A stretch of DNA of 64,000 bases from the human T2T-CHM13v2.0 reference genome, Homo sapiens. The stretch is from assembly GCF_009914755.1 (NCBI RefSeq), contig NC_060947.1. The stretch is one strand, 5' to 3'. This document shows, piece by piece, positions 37,580 to 54,279 of this stretch. The notes under the pieces are model-generated. The model made no database searches, was not told where the DNA came from, and saw nothing but the letters and a program-made list of their open reading frames with translations. The translations under genes and the position numbers were made by a program. Every line of letters begins with the position of its first letter. The stretch's first letter is position 1.

Positions 37580-38061
37580 GTAATAAATTGTTTCCTTTGC
37601 AAAATAGAACTGATAAATAGAGTAAATAAATTAAGAAACACAAAAGCAGTATTCAAGGCCATTCATCTGACATTCAGTGCTCAGTATATATTACCACTTC
37701 TGGATGATGTCAAGGCTATCTCATCTGTGGGGAAAAATGAAAAGAATTGAGAAGGGGAAAGATGATTATTTTAAAGAACAGATTCCCTTTTGTTTAAATA
37801 ATTACAATAGTTGAACCTCCTGCCTTTCCCCATGCCCCAGGCCTATGTGAATAATTGACAGATATATTACTTCACATCAATCATCACCTAAGATGGCACT
37901 TCTAGTATCTTTCTGAAATTTCATCATACTTTCCCCCATCTCCTCTTCTGCTAGGAATTCAAGGAAGGAAATACCTAACTAGTCAGGCAGCATGAGAATT
38001 TACAGTTCATTTTGAAAAGGCTCTTACAGTATTAGAAACTTTGTTTAGAAATGCAGTTTAA

Positions 38062-39640
38062 GCTCTCCCTCTCCCTCTCCCTCTCCCCACGGTCTCCCTC
38101 TCCCCACGGTCTCCCTCTCCCCACGGTCTCCCTCTCCCTCTCTTTCCACAGTCTCCCTCTGATGCCGAGCCAAAGCTGGACTGTACTGCTGCCATCTCGG
38201 CTCACTGCAACCTCCCTGCCTGATTCTCCTGCCTCAGTCTGCCGAGTGCCTGCGATTGCAGGCGCACGCCACCACGCCTGACAGGTTTTCGTATTTTTTT
38301 GGTGGAGATGGGGTTTCGCTGTGTTGGCCGGGCTGGTCTCCAGCTCCTAACCGCGAGTGATCCGCCAGCCTTGGCCTCCCGAGGTGCCGGGATTGCAGAC
38401 GGAGTCTGGTTCACTCAGTGCTCAATGGTGCCCAGGCTGGAGTGCAGTGGCGTGATCTCAGCTCGCTACAACCTCCACCTCCCAGCCGCCTGCCTTGGCC
38501 TCCCAAAGTGCCGAGATTGCAGCCTCTGCCCGGCCACCACCCCGTCTGGGAAGTGAGGAGCGTCTCTGCCTGGCCGCCCATCGTCTGGGATGTGAGGAGC
38601 CCCTCTGCCTGGCTGCCCAGTCTGGAAAGCGAGGAGCATCTCTGCCCGGCCGCCATCCCATCTAGGAAGTGAGGAGCACCTCTTCCCGGCCGCCATCCCA
38701 TCTAGGAAGTGAGGAGCGTCTCTGCCCGGCCGCCCATCGTCTGAGATGTGGGGAGCGCCTCTGCCCCGCCGCCCAGTCTGGGATGTGAGGAGCGCCTCTG
38801 CCCGGCCGCGACCCTGTCTGGGAGGTGAGGAGCGTCTCTGCCCGGCCACCCCGTCTGAGAAGTGAGGAGACCCTCCGCCCAGCAGCCACCCCGTCTGGGA
38901 AGTGAGGAGCGTCTCCGCCCGGCAGCCACCGCGTCGGGGAGGGAGGTGGGGGGTCAGCCCCCGCCAGGCCAGCCGCCCCGTCAGGGAGGGAGGTGGGGGG
39001 TTCAGCCCCCCACCCGGCCAGCCGCCCCGTCCGGGAGGTGAGGGGCGCCTCTGCCCGGCCGCCCCTACTGGGAAGTGAGGAGCCCCTCTGCCCGGCTACC
39101 ACCCCATCTGGGAGGTGTACCCAACAGCTCATTGAGAAAGGGCCATGATGACAATGGCGGTTTTGTGGAATAGAAAGGGGGGAAAGGTGGGGAAAAGATT
39201 GAGAAATCGGATGGTTGCCGTGTCTGTGTAGAAAGAGGTAGACATGGGAGACCTTTCATTTTGTTCTGTACTAAGAAAAATTCTTCTGCCTTGGGATCCT
39301 GTTGATCTGTGACCTTACCCCCAACCCTGTGCTCTCTGAAACATGTGCTGTGTCCACTCAGGGTTAAATGGATTAAGGGCGGTGCAAGATGTGCTTTGTT
39401 AAACAGATGCTTGAAGGCAGCATGCTCGTTCAGAGTCATCACCACTCCCTAATCTCAAGTACCCAGGGACACAAACACTGCGGAAGGCCACAGGGTCCTC
39501 TGCCTAGGAAAACCAGAGACCTTTGTTCACTTGTTTATCTGCTGACCTTCCCTCCACTATTGTCCTATGACCCTGCCAAATCCCCCTCTGCGAGAAACAC
39601 CCAAGAATGATCAATAAAAAAAAAAAAAAGAAAAGAAAAA
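38062..39640 (+). mobile_element. SVA retrotransposon (SVA_C/D-like): CCCTCT hexamers, Alu-like region, GC-rich VNTR, SINE-R, AATAAA + polyA
   Basis: All canonical SVA modules in order. Confidence 0.97.
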
Positions 39641-41241
<1,601 letters not shown>

Positions 41242-41309
41242 TTAAAAAGTAATTTACCAGTAACAACAAAAATTCCAATTAGACTCTTCTCACCAGTCCT
41301 TAAATATGA

Positions 41310-41490
41310 AAGTAATTTCCATATATTAAGGACCTAATATGTGTGATTTATATTCATTATCTCAAATAATCCTAATAACATGTGAAACAAATGTTAGGAT
41401 CCTTAATGGTAAAGTGAGGAAATGGAGGCTCTGAATAATTAAATTATTTGATCAAAACCAGCATAGTCCCAAGATTTACAAATAGAATCA
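41310..41490 (-). mobile_element. MIR
   Basis: cattatctcaaataatcct...gtgaggaaatggaggct. Confidence 0.65.
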
Positions 41491-41510
41491 TTCTCCTTTC
41501 CTTTCAACTA

Positions 41511-42316
41511 GCAGTTAGTTGGAGCTGACCTTTATTGGTGCACAGGAGCCAATTGTTAAACATTCAGGAATTATATTTGCAGGCTTGTTGTTAAATACGG
41601 CCATTATTAAAAATGAAATTATATAAAACTACAATCAAATGAATTATATTAAAATATATAATATTCAAAACTCATCACTTTCGGATTATTTTCCTATGTT
41701 CTACTACTATCTGTGTTCTTGAGGTTATTACATACATTGTATCAGAATGGTGAAAATAATATATAACAGTGTACTGCTGGGTACAATGGGTACAATTCAC
41801 CCATTGTAGAAGTATTTACACCATGGAAATCAACACATGCTATAAACCAGGGCTTGGCTGGGTGCTTTTCTAGATTTAGTAAAATAGTAAAGTGTTAATA
41901 ATGCAGATTAAACTTAAAAGTGTGCCATGCCTACAGCCATGATGTTGTGAATAGCATAAATAATTTAGGAAATAATCTTCCGCCATTTGAAAACTATTAT
42001 CCAATCCAGCAAAAATTGACTCACTTCCTTGCCAAAATGAGTAAAGTTTTGACTTTCATCTTTGATGTTTCACTTTCACTTTACTTCTTAATATAAATGA
42101 AAGCCTCAGCCAACATTTATGTTAGAACTACATTAATTCATCAGTTGTGATGAGAATGTAGAAATTAGGAAAAATCAACAAAAGCATTCTGTGAGAATAA
42201 CAACTATATGGATTGACAATAAAGTACAATAAAGAGTATTGTATATTTTATTCATATTTGCAAATTGCATGCAACACATGCTAAGTATCATCAAAAATTT
42301 AAAATATGCATATATG

Positions 42317-42351
<35 letters not shown>

Positions 42352-42405
42352 ATGTTTATATATTGCATGCTGCTTAATCATTTGCCAGAATACCAACAGC
42401 TTTCA
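41511..42405. mobile_element. hAT-Blackjack MER63-like element containing (CA)n 42319-42349
   Basis: gagccaattgttaaacattcaggaatt...caaaactcatcactt...tcttgaggttatt. Confidence 0.7.
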
Positions 42406-42479
42406 ATGGTATGATGTCAAAATTCAGTGAAACCGCTTTTGCCAAAAAAAAAAAACTGATAAGCCCCCTAGTTACTAAA

Positions 42480-43200
42480 TTCAGTTCTCTTTTATTTTAT
42501 CTATTTGTAGCATTTGGCACTTCAGCAACTCTTTTTTTTTTTTTTTTTTTTTTTTTTAGTGAATTATTCTTAGTTTCCGGGAACCACTCCATCTTTGCCT
42601 TTACCATAGTTCAATGTAAGTCCCTATATCCTAAATATTGGTATTCCAAGGCATTCTATTATATGGTCTCTAGTGTCACAATATTTACTCCTTGGGCAAT
42701 ATTAGCTACTCACACAGTCTTAACAACAACTAATAATTTGATAACTTCCAAATATGTAACTCTAACATAGCTATCTCGCTTGGCATTGTTTGGGCAAATG
42801 TATAGATATCCCTAAGTGAATATTTATCAATAACTTTGCACTTAACACAGCCAAAATTAAATATGACTTGTCTTGCAAATGTGCTTCTTCCTTGTTATTT
42901 TCTAACCTGATTAATGGCATTATGCATTCATCCAAAAATATGTGAATCATCGTAGATTTCTCACCCAAGCGTATTTTCAATCAATTATGAAGTCCCTTGA
43001 TCTGATACAATTCTCCTTTCTTTCCAAACCTTGAGCTAATGTTTTATTTGGGTTCTAGCCATCTGTTGTCTGGACTCTTGTAATAAGCTTCTAACTCACA
43101 TGTATTTTTGTCCACCCATACTTAGTCCAACAAACTGCTGCCAGTGAGGTATTTATAAAAATGCAAATATAATCATATTATTTTCCTAGATGAAATTCAA
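42480..43200 (+). mobile_element. L2 fragments
   Basis: gataacttccaaatatgtaactcta...ctgttgtctggactcttgtaataagcttctaact. Confidence 0.6.
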
Positions 43201-43209
43201 TTTTCTATA

Positions 43210-43468
43210 GTAGTGTTTCAGACTTTTTCACTGCAACCTCTGGAAAGAGACACTTTGTTTGTCAAGACCCAGTGTATACAATGGGCATGTGAGCATGTAC
43301 CTACATGCACGCACACATCCAATAGAAAAAAAATATAACAAAACAGTGCTTTGCACTCTGCTATTTGGTATTATATATAATTTTTTAAATGCTGGCTGAC
43401 TATAGGCCACAAAATTATTTTATGACCTACTAATTGAATGTGAGCCATCAGTTTATAAATTACTGAAG
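43210..43468. mobile_element. hAT-Charlie MITE (Charlie18a-like)
   Basis: Terminal inverted repeats tagtgtttcagact...cagtttataaattactg. Confidence 0.55.
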
Positions 43469-43849
43469 TAGAGCAAAATATATATATATCTCTTATGCAT
43501 AGTACACAAAGCCATTCACAATTAAAAGTAAAAATAGAAAATACTTTGAAATGAATAGTAATAAAATATAAACTATCAAAATTTGTTGGAGGATTCTATA
43601 AATCTAAAACTATTCTAAAATAAAGTTCATTAAAATGTTGGATATAGCAAAAGCAGTACTTAGAGGATAATTTAACATTTCAAAGTTTTATATTAGAAAT
43701 GAATAAAGGTTTAAGATAACTGACGGAAGTATTCTCCTTGAGAAGCTAGAAAAGTCAGATTAAGCTCAAAGTACATAAAGGAAACAATAAGTATAGGAGC
43801 ACAGATCAATAAAACATAAGAAAAATATATAATTATAAAATAAAACCAA

Positions 43850-44166
<317 letters not shown>

Positions 44167-44294
44167 TTATTTATTTGAAATAATTAATAAAGTCTATAAA
44201 CTCCTAGGATAATTGAGTAAAGAAAAAAGATATAAAAATAATTTATCAATATCAGAATAAAATGGTAGGGATATTCTCAGCCGAATTTACACAA

Positions 44295-44470
44295 AGGGTC
44301 AACTAAATTTTCTGCAATGACGGAAATGTTTGATAACCTGTGCTGCTTAGTGATGTCGCTTCTACTCACATTTGGCTATTAAGCACATGAAATGTAGCCA
44401 CTCTAACAAAAGAACTAGAACTTTAATTTAATTTTTAATTGAATTGAATTGAATTTAGATAGCCACATAT
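44295..44470. mobile_element. MER3 (hAT-Charlie)
   Basis: ttttctgcaatgacggaaatgtt...tggctattaagcacatgaaatgt...atagccacat. Confidence 0.75.
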
Positions 44471-44786
44471 ATGGAATTTTGAACCCATGGACATGGTATG
44501 TCTGTAATTATTTAGATTTTCTTAAAATTGTTAAGGTAACAATTCTCCTTAATTTTAGAGATGTGTGTGTGCCTATGTGTGTTTATTCAATGTAATTTCA
44601 GTCATAACACCAATGGGCTTTTTCATAAAAATTGGCAATCTGATTCTAACATTTATATGAAAAGAACTAGAATATCCAAGGCAATCTTGCAAAGGAAAAA
44701 ACAAACAGGTATCCTTATTTAACTCAACTGTAAGACTTAGTATAATGCACAATAATCACTACAGTATGATGCTGACTTAACAACCA

Positions 44787-45085
<299 letters not shown>

Positions 45086-45778
45086 TTAACAACTAGATCA
45101 ATAGCAAAGAATAAATATCACAGTAATAGACCCCAAAATATATACCCATCTGATTTTCAATAATGACAGTGATGGAGTCCAATGGGGGAAAAGCATTTTT
45201 AATGAATGAAGCTAGAATAATTGGACAACCATAAAGAAAAACATGAACCTTGTCCCTGCCTCACAGTATGCATAATAAATAATCAGATAGATTATAATCT
45301 TAAATGTGAAAGCGAAAACCATAAATTTCTTAGAAGAAAACCTAAGAGAATATTTTCATGATTTGGACTAGTCATAGAGAGCAATAATCACAAAATATAA
45401 TTTATATATTTGATTTAATTGGAATATTAAAATTGTATCTATATATCAAAATAATGCATTAAGAGAGTGAATAGGCAAGTCCCAAACTAGGAGAAAATAT
45501 TTGTAAACACATATCTGACAAAGAATGTCACTAATTTTATAATTAATGATGTTATACAATTTATTATATAATTATATAATTTGATTACAATTCAATAATC
45601 AAAAGAAAAGCAACCTAACAAATACGGGAAGAATATTTGAATAGACATTTCACAGGAAAAGATATATGAATGGCCAAAAAGCAAATGAAAAGGTGCCCAG
45701 TATCATTAATCATGAGGGAAATACAATGTAAAACCACAGTGTGATAACACTACACATTTGCCAGATTGCCTAAGACTT

Positions 45779-47123
45779 TGATATGGCTTGGCTCTGTCCT
45801 CACCCAAATCTCATCTTGAATTGTAGTTCCCATAATCCTCATGTGTCATGTAAGGGTTTCAGGAGGAGGCAACTGAATTATAGGGGCGGGTCTTTCCTGT
45901 GCTGTTCTCATAATAGTGAATAAGTCTCATGAGATCTGATGGTTTTAGAAAGGGCAGTTCCCCTGCACTCACTCTCTTGACTACCACTATGTAAGACTTG
46001 ACTTTGCTCCTCCTTCACCTTCCTCCATGATTTTGAGGCCTCCCCAGCCATGCAGAGCTGAGTCCATTAAACCTCTTTCCTTTATAAATTACCCAGTTTT
46101 GTATATGTATTCATTAGCAACATGAGAACAGACTAATACAGTAAATTGGTGTCAGGTAATGGGGTACTGCTGTAAATAGATACCCAAAACTGTGGAGGCA
46201 ACTTTAGAACTGGGTAATAGGACGGCAACCATCCTCCAAAATCCAGAATGCTAGATCCACTGACAGCTTGCATCGTGCACCTGGAAAAGCCACAGACACT
46301 CAACACTAGCCTGTGAAAGCAGCCAGGAGCGGGATTGTATCCTGCAAAGTCACAGGGGCAGAGTTGTCCATGGCTGTGGAAGCCTACCTCTTGCATCAGT
46401 GTGTCCTGGATGTGAGACACGGAGTCAAAGGAGATCATTTTGGAGCTTTAAGATTTAACTTCGCTGCTAGATTTGGGACTTCCATGGGGCCTGTAGCCTT
46501 TTGGTTTTGGCCAAATTCTCCCACTTGGAATAGATGTATTTACCCAATGCCTGTACCCACATTGTATCTAGGAAGTAACTAACTTGCTTTAGATTTTACA
46601 GGCTCATAGGCAGAAGGGACTTGCCTTGTCTCAGATGAGACTTTGGACTGTGGACTTTTGAGTTAATGCTGAAATGAGTTAAGACTTTGGAGGACTGTTG
46701 GGAAGGCATGATTAGTTTTGAAATGTGAGGACATGAGATTTGGGAGGGGCCGGGGTGAATTATATGGTTTGGCTGTGTTTCCACCCAAATCTCATCTTGA
46801 ATTATAGCTCCCATAACCCCCATGTGCTGTGGGAGGGACCTGGTGGAAGGTAACTGAATCATGGGTATGGATCTTTCCTTTGCTGTTCTCATGATAGTGA
46901 GTAAGTCTTACAAAATCTGATGGTTTTATAAGGGGGAGTTCCTCTGCACACTCTCTCTTGCCTGCCACCATGTATGATGTGATTTTGTTCCTCCTTCACC
47001 TTCCACCATGATTGTGAGGCCTCTCCAGCCATGTGGCACTGTGAGTCAATTAAACCTCTTTCCTTTATAAATTACCCAGTCTTACATATGTCTTCATTAG
47101 CTGTGTGAGAACAGACTAATACA
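45779..47123 (+). mobile_element. THE1 (THE1B-like) with two LTRs (45779-46140, 46760-47123) and an internally deleted body
   Basis: Perfect TSD GACTT; internal ~620 bp versus ~1590 bp in the copy at 10927. Confidence 0.93.
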
Positions 47124-47831
47124 GACTTTAAGAGATTGATAATACCAAATATTGGCAAGAATGTGAAATGACTATGACTCTCAAACATTGTTGGGAGAAG
47201 TAGTAAAGTCACTCTGGAAAATAATCTGGCAGTTTCCTTAAAATTAAGGAAACACCCACCCTATAACCCAGAAATAAACATCCTAGGTATTCCACAAAAA
47301 TAATTATACAAGAATGTTCACAGGAATTTAATAATAACCAAAGGTGGAAAAAGACAAGTATTCTTTTAAAAGGAAAATGGACAAACAAGCTGCGGAGTGT
47401 TCATACAATGGAAGACTGCATAACAACAAAGAGAAATCAACTACTGATACACAGCAATATGCAGGAATCTCAAAAATCATTATGCTGGATTAAAAAAAAA
47501 AGCCTTTCAGAAAAAAGTATGCAATGATTTCATTTATATAAAGTTCTGTTAGGCAAAACTAATCTATGGTGGGAAAATGTGAGAGCAATCATTGCCTTTG
47601 GAGGATAGAGATGAGGATTGACTACAAAGGGAATGAGAAAATTTTCTGGGGTGATGATAACATTTTATACCTTTATAGTTTAGGCTATGCAGATGTATGC
47701 ATTTCCCAAAATTTAAGAAACAGTGCTCCTAATATTTGTGCATTTCATTGTATACAAAATTTACCACAAAAGAAAAAAATGCACAATAAGGACATTTTGA
47801 ATTATACTTAAATATATGATCACTGAAGTAG

Positions 47832-48115
<284 letters not shown>

Positions 48116-48242
48116 TATATAGCTTATTTGTTTATGCATGAGAATATAAGATATATTGATGAATAGATATGCGAGAAAGCAAGTATAGGAAAGGGTTAAT
48201 GATAGCCTCTAGTTGGTGGCTATATGGGTATACATTCAAACA

Positions 48243-48922
<680 letters not shown>

Positions 48923-49439
48923 AAAATCTTATAACTTTTTAATATGTTTGAAATTAGTATTAATATGTTTTTAAAAAATAATGCTGTATGAAAAAGGCAG
49001 ACAAAGAAGAGTGCATATTGTCTTCTTATGTTTATTTGATATACAAGAGCAGTTACAAGTAATCTATGGGGAGAAAAGTGGAAACAGTGATTAACAGTAG
49101 GAATGGGGATTGACTGGAAGGGGTAAAAGGAAGTATTCTGGTGTGACAGAAAAGCTCTATGTGGAGGATGGCTGCATGAATGTATATATTTATCAAAATT
49201 TTTCACATCTACACTAAAAAGGTATGTATTTCACTCTATGTAAATTTTATCTGAATACAAAAAAATAATTTAAAAATAACATTCAGCACCATCTTAATAC
49301 CAGATGTTGAGTTCAGAGACAAAAGTATTAAACAATACAATGAAAGATACTTTCATAATATGAAAGTGAACAATTCACGATGCAGATTTTAGGTTATGAT
49401 ATTAATGTCCCAAATAAAATAGCATCAAAATGTATGCTG

Positions 49440-49865
49440 TGTAATACCACAGGTGCAATAATATCTGACTCTGTCACTGTGTTTAACTTCTTACAGTTTT
49501 CTAGCCTCACTACTCTCTCTTCCTCTTCTGCCCTAGATGTGGGCAAAGTAGTAAAAGAATCTAGGTGTCACCTACATCAGTGCTAGTGCTAAGTTCAAAC
49601 CATAAAAGCCTTGGCCATACAAGGGAGAACACTCACTCCAGCCCCACCCCATGACCGTGATGAAAACCTCAAGTTAGTCTCCTTTCCATGCAATATCAAG
49701 TCATTTTTGTACCTTGCTTGGGAGCTGCCTAGCTCTCTATGGAAATCCTCATTTTGTGAGTGATAAATCATTTCAAACCCTCTTGTGTGGCATCATCAGT
49801 GTCAACATTTGAACCAAATCGTGGGTGAGGGGATTCATCCCACCTCTATGAAGTGATCACTTACA
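49440..49865 (+). mobile_element. Solo LTR (tentatively LTR55-like)
   Basis: TG...CA termini (tgtaatacc...cacttaca), LTR-like composition; family recalled loosely. Confidence 0.5.
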
Positions 49866-50151
49866 ATAGGGAATGCAATAAATAGAAATAGATTATAGGG
49901 ATAAGCTTTACCTTTTTTTCTCTTGAAATGCCACATAACAACAACAGATAAAGCATTTCTCTTTTCTATTTCTGAATAACAAAACACCTCATTACTTAAA
50001 GGTGTAAAACCAATTTATTACTATTTCTCATAGCTCCTACTGTTGACTGAGCTAACTTGGGTAGGTCTCACTAAGTTGTCTTAGATGCCATGGATGGAGC
50101 CAACTGAAGGCTTCTTCACTCACATGTCTGATTCAGTAATGAATATAAATG

Positions 50152-50460
50152 AGGCCGGACATAGTGGCTCACACTTGTAATCCCACCACTGTGAGAGGCC
50201 GAGGCGGGTGGATCACCTGAGGTCAAGAGTTCGAGACCAGCCTGGCCAACATGGCGAAACCCCGTCTCTACTAAAAAATACAGAAATTAGCTGGGTGTGT
50301 TGGTGTGTGCCTGAAATCCCAGCTACTCAGGAGGCTGAGGCACGAGAATGCTTGCACCTGGGAGGTGGAGGCTACAGTGAGCTGAGATTGTGCCACTGCA
50401 CTACAGCCTGGGCAACAGAGTGAGACTCTGTCTAAATAAATAAATAAATAAATACATACA
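50152..50460 (+). mobile_element. AluS with (TAAA)n(TACA)n tail
   Basis: Full dimer. Confidence 0.93.
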
Positions 50461-50645
50461 TACATAGACAAGACATGCTCATGAATCTTAGAGTGTAATG
50501 AGAAAGCAAATAATTATATGAATTGCAATATACTCATAAGTAAGATCATCAGTGAAAATAAATGAATTATAGCAGTATCAACATGTATAAATCCTCAAAA
50601 CACTGCACGATGAGAAATAAGTTGCATAAGCCTACATTGTACCCG

Positions 50646-50647
<2 letters not shown>

Positions 50648-50688
<41 letters not shown>
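50648..50688. repeat. (CA)n microsatellite within L1ME 3' fragments
   Basis: Direct read. Confidence 0.9.
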
Positions 50689-50690
<2 letters not shown>

Positions 50691-51081
50691 TATGTGTGTA
50701 TGTATAATTTAGGAATCTTACTTATTAGTAGTAAACTAGTTAAGACATGTATCTAAGTGATAAGTACCAAATTCAGGATAGCTGTTAGCACTGGGAAGGT
50801 AAAAGGGTGAAAAAAGAAAGGGAATGGTCATTTGAAGGAGGTTTGGAGGTTTGATTGAATTTGTAATGCTATATTTTTTACCTAGGTCATGGCCACACAG
50901 GTGTCCGTTGTATTATATTTTTATGCTTTTGTAAATCTGTAACACTCATAATGAGAAGAAAATTCTGAATGCACTTCAAAGTAAAACCGTAATTCTATAC
51001 AGATATTCAATTATAAATTCATATACAAGAGCTTTTGTCATTATCATCAGTAAATATTTATGAAAAGCTTTTTTTTAAAAG

Positions 51082-51287
51082 GGCGGAGGGAAGAGATACA
51101 ACATGTATTATTCACTGGCCCAAAGATTGCTAGACACTGTGGAAAGTTTGATGATTTGATCTATTATTTTTATGAGCATCTTCTAGCCATGAGATGAGTT
51201 CCTTATATGGCCAATCTGGCCATCCTTGATTTTGTCTATTCAGATGATTTCCTTTTTAAAGTGTCTCTCAATTCTACTGACAAATTA
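51082..51287 (+). pseudogene. Pseudo-exon (phase 1->0): RREEIQHVLFTGPKIARHCGKFDDLIYYFYEHLLAMR*VPYMANLAILDFVYSDDFLFKVSLNSTDKL
   Basis: ttttttttaaaag acceptor, TTA|gtaagg donor, one TGA in 68 codons. Confidence 0.55.
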
Positions 51288-52094
51288 GTAAGGATTTCCC
51301 CATGGCTGAAGCAGGGTGGAATTTTCTGCTAAATAAGAGGGCCATTCCTTCTTGGTGCTAGTCTTCAGAATTGAGGATTGATTGAGAGGCTGAGCAAGCA
51401 TATGTCACTTACCAGATTGGTTTTTAGAATTATAGATGGAATAAAACCTTAGTTGAATGCCTCAAAATGTATTTTGAGGAATTCTATTTGATAGTAACCA
51501 AGGCCAGAATCACCACTGGGTCATGCTGTTCGAATCCCTGAGTGAACAAATGGAAAAATCAATAATAGGTTAATCCTCTAGGGCTTCGTTTCTCTCCTGG
51601 ATGCAACACCTTTTTATTTTGCTCCCTGTTTAATGGCTATGGCCTTGCATTTTGGAAAAAAACCATAGGCTGGAGTGTTGGGTTGGGAGACATCTCTAAT
51701 ATTCCTTAGAGCAATAGTGACCTCCGTGTTGCATTCTGGAATACTCAGTATCACTTATTTTTACTTAGTACAGGTCATACCAGAAGTCCACTGGAGAGGC
51801 CCTTAGTTCCTGGGCTCTCTTATTTCTCTGATTCCTCTCAGACAACCTTATTCAAATCACCAGATTGCATATTTACCTAATTAGCACACCTATTTTAATT
51901 TTAGAAATTTGCTGCAGCAGAGAATTTGGCTACCGCAATTCAATAAATTTCATGATTATAGAAATGTTGACACTTTCAAAGTCATTGGCTATAGTTATAA
52001 AGGTTGTCAGTAACAGACTGTGTTATAAGTAGTTAATTCTATGTTTTCAAGTAAACAATCATGGATTGCAACACTTTTTATTTAACATTATTTT

Positions 52095-52572
52095 ATCTCT
52101 CAAGGTCCTAGCGGGAAATTGATGGCATTTTCAAACTGAATAATTTGAAAATAAATTAGTAAAAAGACAACTTATATAGTTGTGTTCAGGGTTCAGAAAA
52201 ACCAACCACAGATAGTGCAATATCCCAGGACTAACAACAAGTAGTTCTTATGACACTTAGACTTAAAAGTACAGAAGGAGGTACCAGTTACTCAAACATA
52301 GTGGTTTGTTGTATGAAGAGGGTTGCCTGGAAGGTGCTGTAGGTTTCCATAGAGGGACTGAATGATAGTGACCCAAAAGAGTGGGAAGAAGGGAAACATA
52401 AGTCCTGACCTCACTTCTTTTGTTCTGCCCATCTATTTCCTCACATTGTCACATCCTGAAGCTCAAGAAAAATTACTGATGCCGTCCATCTAGGTCACTT
52501 TACCATGTTACGGCACTGGGTAGAGAACAGACAAGGTGGTTCTAAAGGCCAAATGTAAGATACCTAGCATAC
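52095..52572 (-). mobile_element. ERVL LTR (LTR33-like)
   Basis: ggaaattgatggcattttcaaactg...tatcccaggactaacaac. Confidence 0.55.
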
Positions 52573-53089
52573 CTCACTCTCTTGTTTCTTACTGAGGATC
52601 ACAAGGCTAGCTTACACATTCTGATGCAATGACAGTTTGCTAAATCTACCCCTTAAACTTAAGCCAAGGTGAGTACGTATGCTGAATCATATACTATGAT
52701 CTACAAGTCAGTGGAAGGTACACACTCTGTATTTCCTGAGATTGTATGTGGTAACTCCAGAAAATCTAAGAAAGTTTGAATTGTTTTTTATTGTCCTAAC
52801 TGCAAATGCCTGGGGAAAGGCATTCTTTTGGGCCTAGATTGGGTCAGGACCAAATTAACTTTGGTAAATGAACTGTTTCAAATTGGGGCACATACAAAGT
52901 CACAAGCAGAAACGCAGTTGCTTGGAACCACTCTTGTAATTATGTGGACCCAAGAATGAAGTAGGACGTTCCATGGATTGAAAGCAAAACCCAATAGCTT
53001 TTCAATAATTGTTACCATGTTTATCCATGAGATCTATTCTTACTTAATATAAGCTATCATTATGATAGAATTAGGTGATCTCTAAAGTC

Positions 53090-53310
53090 AAATTCATAAA
53101 CCTTCTTTTGATTCACTACTCTGTGAGACTTCCAAGCTCTGCTATGTGTTCAATAAATCGCTAAACTCTCTGAACCTCAACATTATTATTTTTAAAATTG
53201 ACTTTAATAATACCTGTTCTAACTACCCATTGGGTTTTCATTACCAAAGAACTCTAAATAAATTATTGTAAATGAATATAATGAGATAATGTATTTAAAA
53301 GTTCTTTCAG
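53090..53310 (+). mobile_element. MIR
   Basis: aaactctctgaacctca...aatgagataatgtatttaaaag. Confidence 0.6.
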
Positions 53311-53694
53311 AAATTTTAAGTTGTGTGCATCATTTAAACAACCCCACAGCTATTTATTCTTCTCTTTTACTAATTTCTCAAGTTAGATGCCTAAGTCATT
53401 AATTTTCAGTCTTTCCTCCTTTTAAATATAGAATTAAATGCTATCCATTTCACTTTAAATATTAATATAACAGCTGAACCCCATGAGTTGTGTGTTATTT
53501 TCATTATCATACAAATCTAAATGTTACCTAATATCTATTATTATATATTCTGGTTCCATTAGTTTTTTAGGCATTGTCTTTTAAAATTACAAATGTATAG
53601 ATTTTAAAATTCATATTTTTCTTATTGTTTTCTAAATCAATCTCATTGTGATCAGAGAATGAAGTTTGTATTCTTTGAAATATATCATGGTTGA

Positions 53695-54240
53695 TTGTTG
53701 CTTTGGTGGCCTCCAATGAACCACACTTCCCTTTATTCATTCTCTTCTGTAATATCCCTACCATATTGATTCTGGCCATGTGATAAGTTATGGACAATAG
53801 GACATAAGCAATAATGATACAAGATGGGGTTTGATAAGCACTAGTAATTGGGGCTTGTCCGCTTGGAACATTGCTTCTGGTAACTTAGCTACCATACTGT
53901 GAAAAGCCACACAGAGAGGCCACATGTTTGGGTTACTTATCGCTGTGTAACGAAACACCCTAAAATTTAAGGACTTAAAACAATTATTTCTCATTATTTT
54001 ATGGGTTCACTAGGTACTTCTTCTGCTTAATGTGGTGATGGTAGCTGGGGCACTAGGGCAGGTGGAAAGTCCGAAGTGACTTCATTCATATGACCAACAG
54101 TAGTTTCTAGCAGATGCCTAGGAACACAGCTGGAGAAGTTGGCCAGAGGCCTTGTTTCTCTTCCATGGGGTCATTCCCAAACAGTTGCTTGGGTTTTCTC
54201 CCAACTTGGCAGCTGGGTTCCAAGAAGGAGTCTTTCAAAA
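53695..54240. mobile_element. Old MLT1 LTR fragments (sense piece, then antisense piece from ~53925), after an antisense L1 fragment (~53370-53690)
   Basis: gtggcctccaatgaacc...gagaggccacatg; ctaaaatttaaggacttaaaacaatta. Confidence 0.6.
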
Positions 54241-54279
54241 GGCCACAAAATTGCTTCACAGAAAAGCAAAATACTCCAA

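Noticed and set aside
37678-37814. Open phase-1 frame LSIYYHFWMMSRLSHLWGK...
   Set aside because: Phase fits 37579, but the acceptor is modest and there is no clear donor.
38051-39610. Cluster of long ORFs and a tandem repeat resembling a gene or CRISPR array
   Set aside because: SVA VNTR and SINE-R; no unique spacers, and this is primate DNA.
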